A DNA stretch of 63,967 bases, counting the filler, from Reclinomonas americana ATCC 50394 (Eukaryota), in NCBI GenBank assembly GCA_048213135.1. It is 6 parts of 5 records of this genome, joined end to end, with 100 filler letters (N's around TTAATTAATTAA, not from the genome) between each part and the next. Parts side by side here need not be neighbours in the genome. Positions count along the whole stretch, not along the records: positions 39,905 to 48,336 come from PS015437.1; positions 48,437 to 50,543 come from PS015438.1; positions 50,644 to 61,956 come from PS015438.1; 3 more parts are not named here. One strand, written 5' to 3'. The notes under the pieces were generated by a model. It saw nothing but the letters and a program-made list of their open reading frames with translations. It made no database searches and was not told the origin of the DNA. Positions 41,530-51,714 of this stretch are shown one piece after another (positions within the stretch are counted from its first letter, which is position 1; every line of letters begins with the position of its first letter). Position numbers and translations under genes: made by a program.

Positions 41530-42816
41530 ATAAAGCGATGGACGAGGTTGTTGTCGTTGGTGGCGGGAACCTCACTCGCGAGTGGACAATCCGTCTTTGT
41601 TGTTGTTCACCGCCGTGCGCGTAGGTGTGTCGCTCCCCCTTCCTCACCTCGCGTGTGTTACGTTGCCCCTTCCATCCCCCAGGTGCTGCGACGGGCCAGC
41701 GAAACGAACTTGCGTTGCCCAGCCACAGAGAGACAAGAGAGAAAGAGTTTTATTCTTTGTGTCGTTTTCGCGCGCACTCTCTCCTCTTTCTCTGTGTGTG
41801 CCTCTCTCGTTCTCCATTGAGGGAGGTGGTTGTATCGTGTTACGTTGGATGAGGGTTGCGTTGCTCGCCAACACGGAGTGGCGCCCTGACAACTCCCAAG
41901 GGGAATACACAAGAATCCATTCATGTTACGCATACTCTCCCACGCACCCGCAACGTGTGTGTGTGTGCCTCCAAAACAAAAGTCTACGTATAAACCACGC
42001 CCTTGTTGCGTTTGTGCGCGCGCTTCGTTGCCCACTCACTGCTGCGAGGTTGGATCCGAGAAGGAGGAGAGTCCATCTTTGGTCTTCTTGATTTGTTGCG
42101 GCTTGTTACGCCCTTCCCCGCTCTCTCTCCTTCTCGTGTGGCCGTTTTCTGTAACCCTCACGGTAACACTGCGCGGTAAGCACAGGAGGAAGCAAAGCTT
42201 GTGTGCATGTAACACCCACTAAGAGCATCAAAGTTACACATCACGTTACGACTCGGTCTCGCTCTTGCTCGTCTCCCGTCTTGCGCGCTTGACACTCTGT
42301 CGCACGTGCACTGTGACGACAGTGCGTGGTCTGCGTATGTGCGCGCGCGTGTGTTGGTTGTGGACATTGCCGTTTGGGGGGTGGGGGAAAAGTTGCGGCT
42401 CAGACGCAGTGGGAGACAACGTGGACCACTGCCTCGTGTGCCCTCTGCCGCACATGTGCATACGACAGCGCACGTGCGTGTGTGCGCGTGTGTGCGTGTG
42501 TGTCGGGAGCATGGGCATCTCTGCGTTTGCCCCGCGCACGTTTGCACTTTTGCCGTCGTCGGTGCGTGCTTGGAGCAGCGAGTAGCTACGGTGGGAGTGC
42601 GTGCACAGCAGCGTGCAAGTGTGTGTACGCGCGTGCGTGTGTGGACTGCTCGTCATTGGGATGGTGGTGCGTTTTTTTTCGTTCCACTTCGCATCGTGGC
42701 GCCGAGCACGACGACACGCAGGCCACTGCCGTGTGATGCATGAGGCGTGTGTGGCGTGGGAGCGAGGCACCGAGTGTCCAGTCTGGGTGGGATTGTGCGA
42801 CATAACACGGGCGTCG

Positions 42817-42824
42817 ACCCACAA
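42817..42824 (+). promoter_or_regulatory. DUSE/USE-like snRNA upstream promoter element ACCCACAA
   Basis: Matches the Dictyostelium upstream sequence element WCCCAYAA, at -67..-60 from the U1 5' end, close to the expected spacing. Confidence 0.65.
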
Positions 42825-42883
42825 GGCGTCGCCAATTGGCGCTGGAGTGACTTGTCGCGGTACTGCACGTTAGTCCTTTCTTA

Positions 42884-43038
42884 ATACGTAACTTGGTGGG
42901 GCCCGGAACGATCAAGCAGGTTCCGACCGGCTTGGGGCTTGGCCCCAATGCACTATAGGGGTAGCCCCCTGTCTTACCACGCAAGTGGTGGACACCGAAA
43001 TTTTTTATAGGTGGGAGTCGAGTTCGCTCGCCCCGCTC
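42884..43038 (+). ncRNA. U1: U1 spliceosomal snRNA, variant 5' arm (ATACGTAAC)
   Basis: Helix H TTGGTG/CACCGA; SL1 CGGAAC-[GATCAAGCAG]-GTTCCG (U1-70K loop); SL2 CCCC-[AATGCACTATA]-GGGG (U1A loop); SL3 TACCAC-GCAA-GTGGTG; Sm site AAATTTTTTATAG; SL4 CGAG-TTCG-CTCG; ~155 nt. Confidence 0.93.
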
Positions 43039-43138
43039 TCCTCTTGTGGATGATGAAGACGAAGATGTGCGGTGAGGGGAGGGGAGTGTGGAGAGAAGAG
43101 AGGGTGTGCAGCCATGCCGGTCTCTCTTCGTGTTGGAG

Positions 43139-43290
43139 AAAGAGGAGACAGTTGCGTTTCTTTCGACATGGGTGTGGGATCCAGATATCCGTGCTGGTTT
43201 CTCTTCGTTTTGCGTGCCTCTCGTCTTGATCGCAGACCTGGGTAAAGAGGAGAGAGTTACGCTTCTTTCGATGTGGGTGCAATGCCAGAT
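43139..43290 (+). repeat. Imperfect ~47-nt direct repeat pair, 105-nt spacing
   Basis: AAAGAGGAGACAGTTGCGTTTCTTTCGACATGGGTG..CCAGAT (43139) vs AAAGAGGAGAGAGTTACGCTTCTTTCGATGTGGGTG..CCAGAT (43244). Confidence 0.7.
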
Positions 43291-43622
43291 TGTTCTTGAG
43301 TGATGCTTGTCGTGTTGGCTGCTTGTTCATGTCATGGATCGCGGGATGCTCTGCGTGTTGGCCGGGATGCTTCTCGTCTTGGCTGCCTGCTGTTCGTGGG
43401 CCTTCCGCCGTGCTTGCTGGTGCTCTTCATGTCACAGATCGCGATCGGGTGCATGCTACTTGTTACAGTTCTCTCTCTCCCTTCCCCCTCCTCTCCCTCT
43501 CTCTCCCCCTTCTCTCTCCCTTCTCTCTCTCCCTCGTTGCCTGTCAGTTGTTCCCCGTCAAACGGAATAAAAAAGAAAGGCTCTGGTTGCTGCGTTTATC
43601 GTCTACTCCCTTTCCCCAAAGC

Positions 43623-44030
43623 TCACATGAGGGCGCACTTGCACCCGCCACCGACCTCTGGCGGCTGATCGGTCCACAACTCAAACCGATCGCCATCCGA
43701 CAACTCCCTGTTGAGCACCGGGTGCTTCCAGTCGGGTGTGGTGTCGGGGCCGTACTTGGCACCATTCATCACCGCATGATGCGGCTCCCAGCACATGGGC
43801 GATCGCCTCGGATCCTCGCCAATCAGAGCGGCATATCGCTTCAGCAACTCCAACGACTCAAACAGCGTCACATCCTTCTGCGACCAGTCCCAGCTGAGCG
43901 ACAGCTGGCCCGACGATGACTTGTTGAAGCCGGGCGTGTTGACGCGCGGTGTGCTGACCACAGTGATGTACAGGCGATGCAGTTGACCTCCGTCGCGCGT
44001 CGTCACACTCCGTCCACGTTGTCGACTCAT
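43623..44030 (-). CDS. Small intronless protein with C-terminal CaaX motif (CKCALM), possibly ubiquitin-like fold
   Basis: 135-aa ORF MSRQRG..RELSDGDRFELW..GGGCKCALM*; CaaX box plus upstream Cys. Confidence 0.55.
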   Translation of the reverse strand: MSRQRGRSVTTRDGGQLHRLYITVVSTPRVNTPGFNKSSSGQLSLSWDWSQKDVTLFESLELLKRYAALIGEDPRRSPMCWEPHHAVMNGAKYGPDTTPDWKHPVLNRELSDGDRFELWTDQPPEVGGGCKCALM

Positions 44031-44199
44031 GGGTGATCTTTCTTTTCCTGCACACGCACACACACGCCCCTCCTTGTGTGAGTCCACACCGCGACACGCA
44101 CACGCACACGCTCTCTCTCTCTCTCTCCTCACCGATAAAGTTGCAATTGAGAGCCGCTGGCGCGATCGACGGAATCGACACTTTCGTGTAGACTATGTA

Positions 44200-45077
44200 A
44201 TGGAGGGCAACATGTTGCGTCCCTTCCTTGTCCATCACCCCCCTCATTCGCTCATTATTGACTCCGCAGACTCGTCGAGTATGTGCATCACATGCGGGCG
44301 CTGGATCGCGTGCACGGTGTTCGCGATGACAACGACAAGTCGGCGAGCAGCAAGCCGCTGGTTGAGATGAGTGCTGTGGAAGCACTGGAGCGGATGAGTC
44401 GACTGTCGTGGGAGCAGGTGGTGCCACCGGAGCAGTCGCCACTGCGTGAGGCGCTGCAGGCGCGTCATCCTGATCGATGGTCGGTCGACGCGCTGCAGCG
44501 TGTGCGACTGTGTTTGGCGCCAGTGGAGGAAGTGCGGCGGCAACCTCCAGAGGAGCATGCACCTGGCATGTTGCGTATTCAGGCCGTGGTGTCTCTCTCT
44601 GTTGTTTTCGACACCGTCTCAAACGCGGCCGCACAGACCGTCGCCGCTGCAATGGATGTTTCTGGCGATCAAGGAGCGCGTGTTGTCCACGACGACTTCT
44701 TCTGGGGCGCTGGAGGAGATTCGTGGATCGGTGTGGCGGCACGTGACGCAGTCGTACTCGTTCCCGAGTGTTTGTCGACGGTATTCGTCGGCATCGTCGG
44801 GCGCTGTGTTGGAGGTGCTGACACTGGACAACCTGGATCTGCACTGCTTGATGGAGTACTGCGAGCGGCATTGCGCGACGCTGTTCCCGCTGATGCGCTT
44901 GGAGAGTGAACGAGCCAAGGTGCACGCTGGTGGTCCCAACGATCCGTTCACGTGGATGCCACCGGCGCGACTGGCCGCGCGCAGCAGTGATGGTGAGGCG
45001 ATGGTGCGTGTGCACTTCTCGGAGGAGGAGATTCGGCAGGCGCGCGAGGAGCGCCTGCTCGTGCTGCAGCGCCTGCT
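44200..45077 (+). CDS. Hypothetical protein, at least 3 exons, 3' partial
   Basis: MEGNI|LVEYVHHMRALDRV..HAPGI|PSPLQWMFL..; both introns start GTTGCG (44214, 44570) and restore frame. Confidence 0.55.
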
Positions 45078-45099
45078 TNNNNNNNNNNNNNNNNNNNNT

Positions 45100-47575
45100 C
45101 GACAGTGAGAGCTCTGGTACAGAAGGAGAAAAGAGTACACACGCACCTCAATTACGCGACGAGCTTGTACACGAACTCGATCGCCGCCTGTGACGGTCGG
45201 TGTCTGCTGCAGTTTGGCAAGTCGACCCTGCGCCTCGGCCTGCACCAAGCGCAGGTGCGCAACACTGGGCAAAGGAGTGGCGGAAGCCACCTGGGCCACG
45301 TCGGCCCACAGACGACGGATGATGCCCGCAATCGTGTCGGCAGGCGACGATCGCTGCTCGCCGTTCGCGGTCTCCTCACTCTTGACCTGCACGTGTGAGC
45401 GACGGCGATTTTCACGACGCTCCACCGCTTGTGCTTTCTGCACCACAGCGAAGCAGTCAGCACGCTGTCTCGCCACACATGCGTGCACGCGATACACATA
45501 CTCGTTGCTCGATCTCGGCACGCCGAGTGGCGGCCCCCGTTGTCGGTGTTTCCGCGGCAGTCGATGACGCAATGGGGAAAACCTGCACATGCGTGGCGAG
45601 TGAGTACCTGGCAAGCACACATGCACAAAAGGGGAAACGACAAGGATCCACCTTTGGCAGCACCTCGTCCACTCGTCGTCGTTCGGATTGGAGCAGTGGT
45701 CGGAATGTTGCAAAGCGTGGCCCTTCGCGTCTGTGAAAATGAGTGTGTGAGTGACGATCCCACAGTTCGCTACCATTTTCCACGACCGACCTGACGCTGG
45801 AGGCGAGCTCGTCGACCCAACTGGCGTACTCGGTGCCNNNNNNNNNNNNNNNNNNNNNNNNNNNNNNNNNNNNNNNNNNNNNNNNNNNNNNNNNNNNNNN
45901 NNNNNNNNNNNNNNNNNNNNNNNNNNNCCTGTGCGCAGTCGTGGTGGCGTGTGGTCGAGCTGTTGCGGCTCGTTTGGTCGTCAGCGTGGCGCTGTCTTGT
46001 ACGCTGGTGGCTGTCGTTGTGGTCGCGGTGAGATGCGGCAACGTCTGTTTACTGGTGACGGAATCAACAAGTGGACTCGTCTACTCTACTGCGGCACACC
46101 TGACGCATCAGGCATGCAGCCGTGCACGGGAGGCGTGGATGGGCCTGCAACATCATTGTCGTCGTCATCAACAAGGTCGTCATCGTCGAGAGCGGCATGC
46201 ACCCGGTACCTCGCGCCTCGGCTGACGATTGTGAAGTCCGCAGTGCGGTGGCAGCCGTTCCAGTACACGCTGAAGACTCCAGGTCTTGAAGTTGGGCAGA
46301 TGCCATACGCTCGCCTGTCCCCGTCGTACTGTGCTGACACCAAAGCAGAAAATGCTCAGAATGAGTGGAATCCAACATGGCAGTCGACGGCATCTCACAG
46401 CCTACCCTTACGATGAGCAGCTGCTCGATGAGGCGCAGTCCGTGCGACATGTCGTCGGTCGCGAGGGCAAGTCTGCATACGTTGCGAGTGCGGCCACCGT
46501 CGTCCTGGCATGTATGTGCGCCGACGCGATAGTGATGTACGTCTTCATCGAGGACAGGTACTGCTGCAGTAGCTGCTGGTCATGGTGAAGTACAAGTCGT
46601 CAGTGGTGGCAGGATGCAGTGCCGCGCGAGTAACGGTGGTATAAACTCACGAGAGTCTCTGCGTGCAACAGCGCTTCCGTCCGCAACAGTGGCAGCGGCT
46701 GGTGTCAGCGTCGTCGGTGAGTGTCGGTCTCGATGCTCGGCACAGGCGCTGGGGCCGGCCGCACTTGGTGTGTCTGTGTGTGCAACAACAAAGGCAAACC
46801 GGCCCCTGTACAACTCCATCTCATCGATCTCGAAGAGAGCAGCTCTGCCATTCTTGGCTCGCCTGAGCCGAATGACGACAGGAATCCTGATTGGGTGCTC
46901 CTCCACGAAGGTAAAATCGTGAGGAGCCTCTGCTGCATCAGAATCAGTGGGCAGCTCTGTGTGAGCACAGAAATCAGTCATCTGGAGAGGTCGAGGTTGC
47001 CGGGGGCACACTGACCATCTCTGCGAGTTGCGTACGACAGATGGCCCTCCGCCACGTAACCGACGACGTAGTCTCTGAGGGATGTGTCAATCCAGATGTG
47101 AGCCAGCTGCGATCCATGCAGAGTGCAGAGTGCGTCGAGCATCAGTCGTGGGTACGCGTATCCGCTTGCGTTGAGGATAACGCGACCTTCCAGAACGAGC
47201 TGTGGTGAGCATGACAATATGTCAGTTTCGGAAGGAGAGAGAGAGAGAGAGAGAGGAGAGCACTTACCAGGGTGTCTAAGACGGAGACGAGGCCAAACTG
47301 AGCATTCTGGTGTTTTTGGAGGCACTCCAACGCAGCCTCCACGCTGTCCACGGAGGGAGTGCTGCCAAAGGTCACCATCGTTCTCCTCAACGATCGATAG
47401 TTTCTCATCGCCTTCGTGTTGTGCGCAGCATCCACTGTGTCTTTGGACCCTCGGTGCCCCATCTCTCTGCTCGCCAGTCGCTTATGTAGATTGCGAATGA
47501 TCATGACTCATGCATCCTCGTCGAACAATCCGGTTTTCCTCACTTGATCAATATTACTGGCGCTGTTCAACACCA
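45100..47575 (-). CDS. One or more hypothetical spliced genes, possibly partly degenerate
   Basis: Several minus-strand open segments with GT-AG boundaries (e.g. DTL|LVLEGRV, EQR|KAQAVERR); a continuous model could not be built. Confidence 0.3.
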
Positions 47576-47737
47576 TAGCGCATGCAGTGGCACATCACTC
47601 ACGTATCCACGCTGCCGTGCGCCAGTACCCACAAGCTGAGCACCTTTTCACAAATACAGAATATTTGCCAAAACACAAACCCGAACGCGAAAGGGTTTGC
47701 AATTGTGACCAAAGTGCCACTCGCAACAACAGAAAAA

Positions 47738-48336
47738 ATGGATGTGCGAGCACACAACAGTGCTCCAGAGCTTTTTTATCTGCAGGTCTCGTGTTGTGTG
47801 CTCACTGTTGTGCTTGTTGTTTTGCATTGACACTCGCTGCGCAGGGACCCGATTGGTTCCACTTTGAAGTACACTGTTGCTTCCAGGGGGGTGGCAATGG
47901 CTGCTGCTGCCCTTGCTTCTGGCTCACCGTTCCACGCCGGTGCGCAGCGACGTACGCTCCGGCATGCGATCCCGTGCCGGCAGGTCAGCAAGATCCACCG
48001 CCGCCATGCTGCGGCGATCTGTGTGGGGCAGATTGTTATCGGAATCCAGCTACTCGTCGACACTGCGCCAAGGCGCGATGCTGCCGACAGTGCTGGACGC
48101 GCCCTTGCGAGACGTGGGCCTGTTGGCTCCTCAACTACGCGTGTTGCTTCTGGGTGTTCCTGTGCTGCTTCTTCCGCAACAGTCCTCCGCAGACGCTCGA
48201 CGACATCGAGTTCGAGACAGGCGGCGACGAGTGCTGCTGCTGCCACATATGTGACACTCCTGGAGTTTCGGTGTGCAGCTGCTGGGGCGCCTCTTGCCTG
48301 CGGGGCAAGCGGGTGAGGCTGCGAGCCAACAGATCT
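47738..48336 (+). CDS. Very cysteine-rich hypothetical protein, 3' partial
   Basis: MDVRAHNSAPELFYLQ|GPDWFHFEVHCCFQGG..CCCPC..YACCFWVFLCCFF..ECCCCHIC. Confidence 0.55.
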
Positions 48337-48720
48337 NNNNNNNNNNNNNNNNNNNNNNNNNNNNNNNNNNNNNNNNNNNNTTAATTAATTAANNNNNNNN
48401 NNNNNNNNNNNNNNNNNNNNNNNNNNNNNNNNNNNNTGTGTGTGGAGGCGTGAGTGGTGTGCTTCTTCTATTCGCGTACGGTGGTGGTTTTGTGTGTGGG
48501 TGTTTTTTATCCGTCCCGACAGTGGTAAGCATCGGAAGCGCGTACGCGGACCCCGCACGGTATTTTCACATGTAGAGCTCCTTCCCCACACATAGATGCA
48601 CAGAGAGCATTGCACGGCAGAGAGGTACGCACATGCTGTTCATGCCACACATTGCTGACGTCTCTGCTCGTTCTCTCCTCTCCTCTTTGTGTGTTCCGTG
48701 TGTGCGTATTGTGCCGCCAG

Positions 48721-49094
48721 TCGCTCATTGAACAAGTGCCGAGCGACAAGGCAGGCCTGTACGCATACCGGGTCAACTGGGCCATTGTCGATCAGGTGTG
48801 TGTGTGTGCTTGCGTGAGGGAGGTGTTCTGTGCACATACTCACCGTTTGTGCAGACGCCGGAGATCATCACTGGCAAGCTGATTCCGTGGGTGAAGCGCA
48901 AGATGGTGGAGCTGCTGGGCGAGGAGGAGAGCACGTTGCTTGAGTTTGTGAGGCAGAAGATTGTGTCGCATGCTGCACCCAGGGAGATTGTCGTGGAGCT
49001 AGAGGCCGTGTTGGACGAGGACACTGATGCGTTTGTGATGGGGCTGTGGAAGCTGCTCATTTATGAGACACTCCGCGCACAGCACTCACACTAA
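48721..49094 (+). CDS. PWI-domain C-terminus of an RBM25/Snu71-like splicing factor, 5' partial
   Basis: IEQVPSDKAGLYAYRVNW..KLIPWVKRKMVELLGEEESTLLEFV..VLDEDTDAFVMGLWKLLIYET. Confidence 0.88.
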
Positions 49095-49189
49095 TCGTCA
49101 GCGACAGCACACTATACGTAGGAATGAATGGGTTGAAACCACAATGCATGAGCATCGTCCCTTGTCCTTCCTCCTTGCAGTCTTCCGCA

Positions 49190-50513
49190 ATGAGCGACGT
49201 GAAGACCGCACGTAGTGCCTCTGTGGCCTTTGTCAGTGGTCTGCGCCGGCACGTTCGAGGCGTTGGCGTGCGTCGAGCACTCAAGTTGCATGCACACACG
49301 CACAAAGCCCTCACTCTGTCGGTCTCACCGATCTCCTCGTCGTAGGGCGGCATTTGCTCCGTTCGGCTGCACACGGGTGCGTGTGGACAAGACCAGTGGA
49401 GGCCACTCACGCGGGTGGGCATACGTCTACATGCCGAGTGAGAGTGCACGTGACGCAGCTGTGCGTGCACTGAATGGAGTGTTGCGCATTGATGAGGAAC
49501 GTGAGCGTGAACGAGGTGATGGGGATGGAGGGGAGAGCTCGGCACCAGCAGTGGAGAAGACGCCAGGACCGCCACTGCGTGTGGCGCCTGCGTTCTCCAA
49601 GCTGGACACCTCGTTCCCGGACGTGGACTTTGAGCAGCGTGTGCGACTGCGTGTGGATCGTGAGGGCGAGTACTCGCTCATCGATCAGCACACGGCCGAC
49701 GACATTGCGGAGCTGATGGCGACGCTGATGCGCGCGGCTGGGGCCAGTGCCAGCGAGGCAGTGGACTTTGCTGCGGGCAGTGGCGGCATGTTGGCTGGCC
49801 TGGGTCGCCACTCGTTCTTTGCGCGTGTCACTGGCGTGGAGCTGGAGGCGGAGCGGGGGGCCGACTGTCGCCACAATGTGTGCGATGTGCTCGGCTTGTC
49901 GCATGTCGATGTACGTGCGCCCATGGACTGTAACGATTACCTGGCTGCGCGTCTCGCATCGACCGCGGACGAGGAGCTTCCGTGTTGCATGTTTGCTTCT
50001 CCACCGTGGGGTGGCGGCGAGTATTCTCAGCAGGAAACAATCAGTGATCTTCCGCTCGGCGCCACCACTCTCGTCGAGCTGCTCGTGCACACCTTGTCGC
50101 GTGCGTGCGACCTGGCGGTGCTGCACTTGCCCTTCAATTTCGATCTCGAGTCGCTGGTACGACGAATCACCGCCGCCGACATGGGTCAGCAGCAACAGCA
50201 GCAGCAAGACGCCAGCCTCGACGAACGACCGTCGCCGTTCTGCGTGGAGATGGGCCGTGCTCGTCTCCTGTGCGTGGGCATGGGTCCGGCACAGCGACGA
50301 TCATCGGCGCTCTTTTGCAACGCGCGTCTCGACGCCTGCATGCAAGCGTTGCATCGGTGGGATCAGGAGCGGGCTGGCGAGCATCGCCCGCAGTTCTGGG
50401 ACTGGGAGAAGGAGCGGTGGATCCTCGCGCGACGGTGGCGCGGTTGCACAGGCACGGGCGCCAAGAAGACGTCGACGGTCGCTGTCCCGCCGCCACCAGC
50501 CGTAGACGACTAA
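49190..50513 (+). CDS. RRM + TGS1-like (trimethylguanosine synthase family) SAM methyltransferase
   Basis: RNP2 AFVSGL, RNP1 RGWAYVYM; MTase DREGEYSL, VDFAAGSGG, VTGVEL, HN, MFASPPWGG..Y (TGS1 signature SPPWGG). Confidence 0.75.
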
Positions 50514-50643
50514 TTGATTAGAGCGAAGTAAACAAACCTCTGTNNNNNNNNNNNNNNNNNNNNNNNNNNNNNNNNNNNNNNNNNNNNTTAATTAATTAAN
50601 NNNNNNNNNNNNNNNNNNNNNNNNNNNNNNNNNNNNNNNNNNN

Positions 50644-50850
50644 GAGACACTGCGTGTGTGCGTGTGCATGCAGCTTGCCTTCCTCTTGCCAGTGCGCGCG
50701 AGAGTGGCCTCGGCCTCATCCAGCACACTTGCATTCTCCTCAATCTCGGTCTGTGTGCTGAGCAGACGAGCAGGCGAGGCGCACAGCGACGGTGGTCGCA
50801 GACGGGACCACACTTGTGCCACTCGCCGCACAAGTGTGGCAACAAGCATC
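50644..50850 (-). CDS. Probable first exon (mitochondrial presequence) of the MutS gene on an inverted contig
   Basis: MLVATLVRRVAQVWSRLRPPSLCASPARLLST: Arg/Leu/Ser-rich with no acidic residues; adjacent MutS lacks an N-terminus. Confidence 0.5.
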
Positions 50851-51714
50851 NNNNNNNNNNNNNNNNNNNNNNNNNNNNNNNNNNNNNNNNNNNNNNNNNN
50901 NNNNNNNNNNNNNNNNNNNNNNNNNNNNNNNNNNNNNNNNNNNNNNNNNNNNNNNNNNNNNNNNNNNNNNNNNNNNNNNNNNNNNNNNNNNNNNNNNNNN
51001 NNNNNNNNNNNNNNNNNNNNNNNNNNNNNNNNNNNNNNNNNNNNNNNNNNNNNNNNNNNNNNNNNNNNNNNNNNNNNNNNNNNNNNNNNNNNNNNNNNNN
51101 NNNNNNNNNNNNNNNNNNNNNNNNNNNNNNNNNNNNNNNNNNNNNNNNNNNNNNNNNNNNNNNNNNNNNNNNNNNNNNNNNNNNNNNNNNNNNNNNNNNN
51201 NNNNNNNNNNNNNNNNNNNNNNNNNNNNNNNNNNNNNNNNNNNNNNNNNNNNNNNNNNNNNNNNNNNNNNNNNNNNNNNNNNNNNNNNNNNNNNNNNNNN
51301 NNNNNNNNNNNNNNNNNNNNNNNNNNNNNNNNNNNNNNNNNNNNNNNNNNNNNNNNNNNNNNNNNNNNNNNNNNNNNNNNNNNNNNNNNNNNNNNNNNNN
51401 NNNNNNNNNNNNNNNNNNNNNNNNNNNNNNNNNNNNNNNNNNNNNNNNNNNNNNNNNNNNNNNNNNNNNNNNNNNNNNNNNNNNNNNNNNNNNNNNNNNN
51501 NNNNNNNNNNNNNNNNNNNNNNNNNNNNNNNNNNNNNNNNNNNNNNNNNNNNNNNNNNNNNNNNNNNNNNNNNNNNNNNNNNNNNNNNNNNNNNNNNNNN
51601 NNNNNNNNNNNNNNNNNNNNNNNNNNNNNNNNNNNNNNNNNNNNNNNNNNNNNNNTCTCTCTCTTTCTCCCTCTCGCGCACATGCAAGTGACTTGTCATT
51701 GTGTGTGTGTGCAG

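Noticed and set aside
41725..41745. ACAGAGA as a possible U6 box near the U1 gene
   Set aside because: Lies in GA microsatellite-like sequence with no following AGC triad/ISL (GATTAGCATGGCCCC-like) sequence.
45100..47575. Possible transposon or endogenous virus relic
   Set aside because: No transposase, RT, integrase or capsid motif and no terminal repeats recognised; left as hypothetical.
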